Part shown: positions 58,061 to 63,829 of the stretch, one piece after another | Position numbering within the stretch: the first letter of the stretch is position 1 | Layout of the letters: every line of letters begins with the position of its first letter | Source of the DNA: a virus | Taxonomy: Duplodnaviria > Heunggongvirae > Uroviricota > Caudoviricetes | IMG/VR virus record: IMGVR_UViG_3300011115_000934 | Coordinates: 33,983-97,982 of that record | Length of the DNA: 64,000 bases | Direction: 5' to 3' (one strand) | The notes under the pieces: generated by a model | What the model saw: only the letters and a program-made list of their open reading frames with translations | What the model was told of the DNA's origin: nothing | Database searches by the model: none | Translations under genes and position numbers: made by a program

Positions 58061-58097
58061 AGTTGCTAGAAAGAAAAAAAGATCATATCTTTAGGCA
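58061..58097 (+). promoter_or_regulatory. Representative of the TTG-N(~19)-TA(T/C)nTTTA host-sigma-like promoter class
   Basis: GTTGC...ATATCTTTA; similar motifs near 39362, 54530, 56315, 58680 and 62348. Resembles the Bacteroidota -33 TTG / -7 TAnnTTTG consensus. Confidence 0.55.
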
Positions 58098-58108
58098 TAG
58101 AAATAAAA

Positions 58109-58672
58109 ATGATAGGAATTTACAAAATTACAAATCCGACAGGCAGAGTCTATATAGGGCAGAGCACTAATGTAGAACGAAGAAAGGAAGAGTATTCTGG
58201 TAAAAATAAAGGGAAAGGGCAGGTAGCATTGTGCTTGTCTTTAGAAAAATACGGTTTCTCTCAACATACTTTTGAAGTAATAGAAGAATGTGCTATTGAG
58301 AATTTAAACAAGAGAGAAAGATATTGGCAAGATTATTATAATGTATTAAAAGAAGGGTTAAATTGTAGACTTACAGGAACCGAGGATAAATCGGGACTAT
58401 TTTCTAAAGAAAGTATAGAGAAGAGAGTCGCTAATACAGACTACAAAGCCTTTCAGAAAAAAAGACTTGCAAGCAGAGATGAACACTTAATTTCTAAAAA
58501 GAAATACAAACCAATCCTCCAATATACAAAAGAGGGGATATTTGTTAAAGAGTGGGAATCCCTTAAACAAGCCGCTGACAGTTTAAAACTATATTATGTA
58601 AATATTACTAATTGCTTAAAAGGTAGGCAAAGGACAGCAGGAGGATTTGCTTGGGAGTATAAAAAAAATTAA
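58109..58672 (+). CDS. GIY-YIG homing endonuclease (SegB-like position in the tRNA region)
   Basis: MIGIYKITNPTGRVYIGQS, ERYWQD, GLNC, NUMOD1 tail (TAGGFAWEY); paralogue of 38730. Confidence 0.92.
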   Translation: MIGIYKITNPTGRVYIGQSTNVERRKEEYSGKNKGKGQVALCLSLEKYGFSQHTFEVIEECAIENLNKRERYWQDYYNVLKEGLNCRLTGTEDKSGLFSKESIEKRVANTDYKAFQKKRLASRDEHLISKKKYKPILQYTKEGIFVKEWESLKQAADSLKLYYVNITNCLKGRQRTAGGFAWEYKKN

Positions 58673-58759
58673 AAAAAAGTTGCTTCGTATTAAATAAAGT
58701 ATTATCTTTATTGAGTAGAAAATAACAAAGGATCTTTGACATATTGGATAAAATTAAAC

Positions 58760-58843
58760 GGAGAAGATCCGGCTGGATCAGGAGCTGCTCTTGAAAAGCA
58801 GTAGCGGGTTACACCGTTGTGAGTTCGAGTCTCACCTTCTCTT
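58760..58843 (+). tRNA. tRNA-Ser(TGA)
   Basis: CTGCT-CTTGAAA-AGCAG anticodon arm, long variable arm, GTGAG-TTCGAGT-CTCAC. Confidence 0.88.
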
Positions 58844-58848
58844 CAATT

Positions 58849-58919
58849 TGCCTGTTCGTATAAAGGTAGTACAATGCTCTTTGACAGCATCGGAGGAGGA
58901 TCGTTACCTCCACAGGCAA
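58849..58919 (+). tRNA. tRNA-Gln(TTG)
   Basis: TGCCTGT/ACAGGCA; ATGCT-CTTTGAC-AGCAT; atypical T loop ATCGTTA. Confidence 0.85.
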
Positions 58920-58928
58920 CAAATAATT

Positions 58929-59074
58929 GTAAGTATTGAAAGCCCATCCCAACACTTGATCAGTAAGTAGGACGGTTAGTAAAGAAAGCATTATCAGTAA
59001 GTAGTGGAGAAATCCATGCGGAGAAAACGATGCAAGACGCAAGTACAGGGAACCAGCCCGATGGCTTTGCTTAC
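58929..59074 (+). ncRNA. Candidate structured spacer RNA
   Basis: Closing helices GTAAGT/GCTTAC and AAAGCC/GGCTTT; internal TGGA-GAAA-TCCA hairpin. Confidence 0.4.
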
Positions 59075-59081
59075 GAAATTA

Positions 59082-59157
59082 CTGGATGTAGAGGAGCCCG
59101 GTTTATCTCGCTGGCCTTGGACGCTAGAGCACGCAGGTTCGAATCCTGCCATCCAGA
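59082..59157 (+). tRNA. tRNA-Pro(TGG)
   Basis: CTGGATG/CATCCAG; CTGGC-CTTGGAC-GCTAG. Confidence 0.92.
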
Positions 59158-59162
59158 CAATC

Positions 59163-59233
59163 GCCCTCTAGGCTTTAAAGTGAAGCACGATACTTTTAAT
59201 ATCGGGAAGAAGGAGCATTACCTTCAGGGGGTA
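59163..59233 (+). tRNA. tRNA-Lys(TTT)
   Basis: CGATA-CTTTTAA-TATCG; atypical T loop AGCATTA. Confidence 0.8.
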
Positions 59234-59287
59234 CAAAGTAGTTTTGAGGTTGGCGAATTCTACTATAAAAAAATAATCCATCTGCCA

Positions 59288-59358
59288 GCCTCGTTGGCGT
59301 AATGGGAGCGTATTTCTTTTACATGGAAATGGCAGTAGTTCGATTCTACTACGAGGTA
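59288..59358 (+). tRNA. tRNA-Val(TAC)
   Basis: GCCTCGT/ACGAGGT; TTTCT-TTTACAT-GGAAA. Confidence 0.85.
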
Positions 59359-59363
59359 CAAAA

Positions 59364-59434
59364 GGGGACGACAGGCAAGGTGCCGAGCAGCTCTGTAAAA
59401 GCTCACTGGGTAGGTTCGATTCCTACCGGCCCCA
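59364..59434 (+). tRNA. tRNA-Tyr(GTA), short variable loop
   Basis: AGCT-CTGTAAA-AGCT; GTAGG-TTCGATT-CCTAC. Confidence 0.8.
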
Positions 59435-59447
59435 CTTTATTAACCTT

Positions 59448-59520
59448 GGACCTTTGGTATAGCTGGTGCGTACGCTAGTCTGAAGAACTAGAGGAGTAGG
59501 TTCGATTCCTACAGGGTCCA
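59448..59520 (+). tRNA. tRNA-Phe(GAA)
   Basis: GGACCTT/AGGGTCC; CTAGT-CTGAAGA-ACTAG. Confidence 0.9.
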
Positions 59521-59670
59521 CAAACAAGGAAACAACCCCAGAGTTGGTAAGCGCTTACCCGGACTCAAGAGAAGTAAAGTTACTAGATGGGTGCGTAACG
59601 CCTTGGACTATTATGATTTAACAATGATACGAGCTTCATACGTTCGCAAAATAACATAATAGTCAAAATT

Positions 59671-59742
59671 GGACTTGTAGCTCAGAGGAAGAGCGTTTGC
59701 CTGTTAAGCAAAGGGTCGGGATTTCGAAATTCCCCAAGTCCG
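59671..59742 (+). tRNA. tRNA-Asn(GTT)
   Basis: GGACTTG/CAAGTCC; TTTGC-CTGTTAA-GCAAA. Confidence 0.92.
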
Positions 59743-59750
59743 CAAAAAAT

Positions 59751-59904
59751 GTTCGTATAGATGTGCTGTGGATACGCAGGAAACACATCGAGTGGGTTAA
59801 TGATGGTAGTAGGTATACAACACTCCTTAATACTAGGATTGGAGAGAAGAGCTGATGAATACTACAAGTAATTAACAAGGTTGGTTCGATTCCAGCTACG
59901 GGCG
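59751..59904 (+). ncRNA. Oversized (154 nt) tRNA-like RNA without a canonical anticodon arm
   Basis: GTTCGTA/TACGGGC acceptor, GTTGG-TTCGATT-CCAGC T arm; internal GATGTG/CACATC, GTTAAT/ATTAAC and GTAGTA/TACTAC helices. Confidence 0.6.
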
Positions 59905-59910
59905 CAAAAT

Positions 59911-59984
59911 AGGTAATTAGCTCAATTGGTTAGAGCACTCGCCTGATACGTGAGAGGTTATAGGTTCGATTCCTATATTACCTA
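59911..59984 (+). tRNA. tRNA-Ile(GAT)
   Basis: AGGTAAT/ATTACCT; CTCGC-CTGATAC-GTGAG. Confidence 0.93.
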
Positions 59985-59990
59985 CAAAAT

Positions 59991-60073
59991 GGAAAGTAAA
60001 TCAACTAGGAGTTGAGACCGCTTGCTAAGCGTATCGTGCCTTCGGGCATGGGGTTCGATACCTCTGCTTTCCT
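59991..60073 (+). tRNA. tRNA-Ser(GCT)
   Basis: GGAAAGT/GCTTTCC; loop TTGCTAA; variable arm GTGCC-TTCG-GGCAT. Confidence 0.85.
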
Positions 60074-60287
60074 CAATGTGTTGTTCCCTTGAGAAAGGAA
60101 TAAATATTAAGAGTATTAAATTGATATACTACAACACAGATGAACCCTCAGCATCAATTAAAAACCTATTCCCCGTCCTCACAAAGCATCTAAGGAATGC
60201 AGGAGTAGAATAGTACGTTCGGGGCCTCAGCGGTAAGACGCCGTAAAATCTAAAGTACAACGATAAGTTAATGGGTTCTTATCAACT

Positions 60288-60357
60288 ACCGACTTGATCT
60301 AGTGATCGAGGATATCTCATAAGTATTCTCAGACAAGAGCGTAACTTGTAGTCGGTA
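60288..60357 (+). ncRNA. Non-canonical cloverleaf with tRNA-Pyl-like architecture and a CAT anticodon
   Basis: ACCGACT-T-GATC-TAGT-GATC-G-AGGATAT-CTCATAA-GTATTCT-CAG-ACAAG-AGCGTAA-CTTGT-AGTCGGT-A. Confidence 0.65.
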
Positions 60358-60415
60358 CTGCATCTCCCAAGGGAGAAGGCTCTGGTTGACGATCTGACCT
60401 TATAGATCGTAACAT

Positions 60416-60489
60416 GGTGATTGTAGCTGAATTGGTAAAGCGTCTGATTGTGGTTCAGGAGATTGTGGGTTCGAGTCCCATCTTTCACA
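60416..60489 (+). tRNA. tRNA-His(GTG)
   Basis: TCTGA-TTGTGGT-TCAGG; encoded G-1 opposite A73; two T-T mismatches in the acceptor stem. Confidence 0.82.
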
Positions 60490-60495
60490 CTTAAC

Positions 60496-60568
60496 ATCCC
60501 TGTGGTGAAATGGTAAACACAACGAGTTTAAGCCTCGTAAGCTGCTGGTTCGACTCCAGTCAGGGATA
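60496..60568 (+). tRNA. tRNA-Leu(TAA), short variable loop
   Basis: ATCCCTG/CAGGGAT; ACGAG-TTTAAGC-CTCGT; variable loop AAGCT. Confidence 0.88.
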
Positions 60569-60573
60569 CAAAT

Positions 60574-60645
60574 GGTCTTATAGTTTAATTGGAAAAACTT
60601 ATCGCTACGAACGATAGAACAAAGGTTCGACTCCTTTTAAGACTT
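60574..60645 (+). tRNA. tRNA-Arg(ACG)
   Basis: TATCG-CTACGAA-CGATA. Confidence 0.9.
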
Positions 60646-60646
60646 C

Positions 60647-60827
60647 AAAATATAATTACAAAGCGTAGGTAAGAAGACGTGGAGAGACGTTACGCAAGGG
60701 TACACACTAAGGATAGGACCTCAATCTGCAAGCTTCAAAGCCCAGAGGAATCCCGACTCTCTAATGGTGTGTGAAGCACTGAGCAATCAGAAACCAGATT
60801 CCTGATAAAACTTACTAATTATATTTT
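60647..60827 (+). ncRNA. Candidate structured spacer RNA
   Basis: 12-bp closing stem AAAATATAATTA/TAATTATATTTT; GCGTA/TACGC, ACGT-GGAGAG-ACGT and CTGA-GCAA-TCAG hairpins. Confidence 0.5.
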
Positions 60828-60831
60828 AACC

Positions 60832-60903
60832 GCCCTATTAGTTAAACGGATATAACGAATCTCTTCTAAAGATTAATTCTAGGTTCGATTCCTGGATGGG
60901 GTA
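60832..60903 (+). tRNA. tRNA-Arg(TCT)
   Basis: AATCT-CTTCTAA-AGATT. Confidence 0.9.
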
Positions 60904-60977
60904 CAAAAAAATCGTCTTGGTAAAACAAGTTAAGTGACAGGGCCAAGTCACGGTAGAGTAAGCGATACTCTACAAAT

Positions 60978-61048
60978 GCGTTCCACAGACAAGGTGTCGG
61001 TACGGTCTCCAAAACTGTTACGGCTGGGTTCGATTCCTAGGGTTCGCG
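60978..61048 (+). tRNA. tRNA-Trp(CCA)
   Basis: ACGGT-CTCCAAA-ACTGT; CTGGG-TTCGATT-CCTAG; two T-T mismatches in the acceptor stem. Confidence 0.85.
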
Positions 61049-61126
61049 CAAATAAATTGTTCATAACTTTATGGCTAGTTCTATAATTTCTTAAAATTTT
61101 CGTATATTTATACTAAACGATAAGAT

Positions 61127-61828
61127 ATGAAAAAGATATGTACTAGATGTAAGGAAGAGAAACACTTAGATGAATTTAGTAATTATAAAAGCTCTAAAGA
61201 TGGTAAGCACATTTATTGTAAAGTATGTTCTAGGGATAAATCAAAAGAAAGATACTCTCAAGATGCTGAAAGAATAAAAAAGTATCGTGAGGATAATAAA
61301 GAAAAGATAAAAGAAATTAACAAAGCTTATAGTCTTAAAAATAAAGAAATACTAAATGCTCGTTCTAAGCAATGGAATTTAGATAATAAAGAAAAAAGAC
61401 AAGAGTATGTAAAGCAATGGGCTAGAGAAAATTACGAAAAGAATCATTCAAAAGTAAGAGAATATCAAAATACATACAATAGAAGTAAGTATGCCAACGA
61501 TCCTCTTTATAGACTTGCTCAACAACTTCGATCATTAATATACCAGAGTTTTAAGTATAAGTATAAAAAGCAAAAAAGAACACAAACAATACTAGGATGT
61601 ACTTATGAAGAGTTCAGAGTATACCTAGAGTCAAAATTTGAACCTTGGATGAATTGGGAAAACCAAGGATTGTACAACGGAGATTTTAATTTTGGTTGGG
61701 ACATGGATCATATAGTACCAGCTTCAAGTGCAAAAACTGAAGAGGAGATTTGTAAATTAAATCATTACACCAACTTACAACCCCTGTGTTCTAAAGTAAA
61801 TAGAGATATAAAGAAAAATAAAATATAA
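61127..61828 (+). CDS. HNH homing endonuclease with an N-terminal Zn ribbon
   Basis: CTRC...YCKVC, Lys/Glu-rich helical linker, WDMDHIVP...HYTNLQPLCSKVN; has its own CGTATATTTATA motif upstream. Confidence 0.85.
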   Translation: MKKICTRCKEEKHLDEFSNYKSSKDGKHIYCKVCSRDKSKERYSQDAERIKKYREDNKEKIKEINKAYSLKNKEILNARSKQWNLDNKEKRQEYVKQWARENYEKNHSKVREYQNTYNRSKYANDPLYRLAQQLRSLIYQSFKYKYKKQKRTQTILGCTYEEFRVYLESKFEPWMNWENQGLYNGDFNFGWDMDHIVPASSAKTEEEICKLNHYTNLQPLCSKVNRDIKKNKI

Positions 61829-61832
61829 AGTC

Positions 61833-62339
61833 ATGTCAAAATATCAGAGAACCTTAGTTATTGATTCAAGCTTTATGGCTCGCAGCATCATATCGACTGA
61901 GCGTGCTTTCGTGATTTCGTATAAGGGTAATGCAGAAGTTATAGCTGAACATCCAGAAACATTCGGATTAGTAAATCCAAAATTAGAAATTTTTAAACCT
62001 TCAATCATTAGGGTTTATAAATACGTAAAACAAAACATTCAAAAAGTTCCTCTAACAAGAGAGAATGTTTATCGAAGAGATAATTACGAATGTGTTTATT
62101 GTGGATCAAGCCACATCAAGTCACTAACACTTGATCATGTCATTCCACAATCAAAAGGTGGAGAAAATGCTTGGGATAATTTAGTAACAGCTTGTAGAAG
62201 TTGCAATTCAGAAAAAGCAGATTTAACTCTGGAGGAATATGGTAAAGAAATAGTAGAACCAAAAAGACCTCATTATCTGATGCTGATGAAACAACTAACA
62301 CACATTCCAGTGGAATGGGAAAAGTTTTTATTTTTCTAA
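61833..62339 (+). CDS. HNH endonuclease (McrA/HNH_5-like)
   Basis: RDNYECVYCG...TLDHVIPQSKGGENAWDNLVTACRSCN. Confidence 0.92.
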   Translation: MSKYQRTLVIDSSFMARSIISTERAFVISYKGNAEVIAEHPETFGLVNPKLEIFKPSIIRVYKYVKQNIQKVPLTRENVYRRDNYECVYCGSSHIKSLTLDHVIPQSKGGENAWDNLVTACRSCNSEKADLTLEEYGKEIVEPKRPHYLMLMKQLTHIPVEWEKFLFF

Positions 62340-62469
62340 CAAAAAGTTTGGATATTAGAAAATAAGTTCGTATATTTAAGTATAAGAAAAAATAAATCAC
62401 CTACTACGTAACCAACCGGTAAAAAAAATGGACACGTACTGTCTGGCAGGTCAGGCTAGGTGAAAATAT

Positions 62470-62579
62470 AAAAACTGATTTAGAGAACATATGCGGGAAA
62501 TAGTTGCAGCATAGATTAAAGTGCATACAACAAGTATATGGGTCCTACGATAAGGATACAAATCAACTAAATCAGTTTT
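62470..62579 (+). ncRNA. Candidate structured spacer RNA
   Basis: Perfect 13-bp closing stem AAAACTGATTTAG/CTAAATCAGTTTT enclosing several short hairpins. Confidence 0.5.
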
Positions 62580-62584
62580 AATTT

Positions 62585-62654
62585 GGGCAGGATGGTTATG
62601 GAGACCGGCAGGATTGCAAACTCTGCAGAGTAAGTTCGATTCTTACCTTGCCCT
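62585..62654 (+). tRNA. tRNA-Cys(GCA)
   Basis: GGGCAGG/CTTGCCC, loop TTGCAAA, U73 discriminator. Confidence 0.85.
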
Positions 62655-62749
62655 CATTGAAGGTTCGACCCTCTACCAAATGTGTTACACCCACAGATGG
62701 ACAACGAGAGGGAGCTACCGATTGATAAGTGACCGCACATGCGGTAAAT

Positions 62750-62823
62750 GCCCGAGTGGTGGAACTGGTAGACACGGCAGCCTTAGAAGCTGTAAATTGG
62801 GGGTTCGATTCCCCCCTTGGGTA
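62750..62823 (+). tRNA. tRNA-Leu(TAG), short variable loop
   Basis: GCCCGAG/CTTGGGT; GCAGC-CTTAGAA-GCTGT; variable loop AAATT. Confidence 0.88.
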
Positions 62824-62828
62824 CAAAA

Positions 62829-62895
62829 TTACAGTTAGCTTATAGTAAAGCAGCAGGGGCTAACCTGGAGAACGGATACGAGAACCGGCTGTAAT
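62829..62895 (+). pseudogene. Degenerate tRNA-like RNA
   Basis: TTACAGT/GCTGTAA acceptor, GCT/AGC D stem, CAGG-GGCTAA-CCTG 6-nt loop, aberrant T arm. Confidence 0.5.
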
Positions 62896-62902
62896 TTAAT
62901 TT

Positions 62903-62975
62903 GCTTCCTTAGCTCAATTGGCAGAGCACTTGTTTTGTAAACAAGAGGTTATCGGATCGTGGCCGGTAGGAAGCT
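62903..62975 (+). tRNA. tRNA-Thr(TGT)
   Basis: GCTTCCT/AGGAAGC; CTTGT-TTTGTAA-ACAAG; atypical T loop ATCGTGG. Confidence 0.88.
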
Positions 62976-63060
62976 CAAAAGATGAATTCGATCACACCTA
63001 GGGTTAGTGATTTAATTAAAGGATCCATTCAGTACACAAGGCTGAGATTCATCTTCAATT

Positions 63061-63133
63061 GCGATTATAGTGTTCAACGGTAGCACGTGGGCCTTCCAAG
63101 TCTGAAGTTTCGGTTCGAATCCGAATAATCGCT
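63061..63133 (+). tRNA. tRNA-Gly(TCC)
   Basis: GCGATTA/TAATCGC, loop CTTCCAA, U73. Confidence 0.9.
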
Positions 63134-63184
63134 CAGGGGTATGTAGGAGCCCAAGAGTATGTGATGAGCATACACCTACAACTT

Positions 63185-63256
63185 GCTGCCATCGTCTAAC
63201 GGCTAGGACCTATGGTTTTCATCCATAAAATCGGAGTTCGATTCTCCGTGGCAGTA
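63185..63256 (+). tRNA. tRNA-Glu(TTC)
   Basis: TATGG-TTTTCAT-CCATA. Confidence 0.92.
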
Positions 63257-63260
63257 CGAA

Positions 63261-63307
63261 ACCAGAAAGGCCATTGTTCACAACCTCTGGTGCGAAAAAG
63301 GTGAACA
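63261..63307 (+). ncRNA. Candidate H-type pseudoknot
   Basis: ACCAGA/TCTGGT crossed by TGTTCAC/GTGAACA. Confidence 0.45.
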
Positions 63308-63366
63308 CGAGGTTAAGGTACACTCGTAATAACAATATCTTGACAACCTGGAACAGACAGGTAACT

Positions 63367-63439
63367 GGGGTCATAGCTCAATTGGCTGAGCGCTATCTTT
63401 GCACGGTAGAGGATGTGGGTTCGAATCCCATTGGCTCCA
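63367..63439 (+). tRNA. tRNA-Ala(TGC)
   Basis: GGGGTCA/TGGCTCC with G3-U70; loop TTTGCAC. Confidence 0.93.
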
Positions 63440-63440
63440 C

Positions 63441-63593
63441 AAAACATTTAGTGAGGTAAGACTGGTAGGCTTTTAATCCTAAACCTAGAAATAGGAGGGA
63501 GAGGCTAACGAAAGAACCAAACGAGTAGTTAGTTGAAGGGATTTACTTGAAAGTTAAGTTTGGTGTAGAGTAAATTGTGTAGTTAGATGTTTT
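63441..63593 (+). ncRNA. Candidate kissing-loop spacer RNA
   Basis: Closing stem AAAACATTTA/TAGATGTTTT; loop-loop complement ACCAAAC/GTTTGGT. Confidence 0.5.
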
Positions 63594-63597
63594 AATT

Positions 63598-63670
63598 GGC
63601 TGAGAGGTGTTATAGGTAACATGCTGCACTGTCACTGCAGAGATTGCGGGTTCGATGCCCGTGTCAGCCG
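63598..63670 (+). tRNA. tRNA-Asp(GTC)
   Basis: CTGCA-CTGTCAC-TGCAG; G73. Confidence 0.9.
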
Positions 63671-63676
63671 CTATAT

Positions 63677-63750
63677 CGCGAGTTGGTAGAAGATGGTATC
63701 TCGCTAGGCTCATAACCTAGAGGTCGGGGGTTCGAATCCCTCACTCGCTA
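63677..63750 (+). tRNA. tRNA-Met(CAT), initiator-like
   Basis: Unpaired C1-T72; CTAGG-CTCATAA-CCTAG. Confidence 0.88.
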
Positions 63751-63755
63751 CAAAG

Positions 63756-63829
63756 GTCCTTTTAGCTCAGTTGGTCAGAGCAGCTCGCTCATAACGAGAA
63801 GGTCACAGGTTCGAGCCCTGTATAGGACA
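63756..63829 (+). tRNA. tRNA-Met(CAT) elongator (or Ile2 if lysidine-modified)
   Basis: CTCG-CTCATAA-CGAG; ACAGG-TTCGAGC-CCTGT. Confidence 0.88.

Noticed and set aside
1029-62826. All minus-strand ORFs in the track (64-204 aa) and short alternative-frame + ORFs
   Set aside because: They are antisense or off-frame shadows of strong + strand genes or tRNAs, with low-complexity Leu/Phe/Ser/Pro composition, no motifs and no promoter or start context.
62980-63053. Possible tRNA remnant GATGAAT/ATTCATC
   Set aside because: It has a 7-bp closing stem and two hairpins but no anticodon arm or T-loop signature; too weak to call.
59030-63459. + strand ORFs 59030-59302, 60022-60213, 62614-62838 and 63274-63459
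   Set aside because: They run through clear tRNA genes or structured spacers and lack phage-like codon usage.
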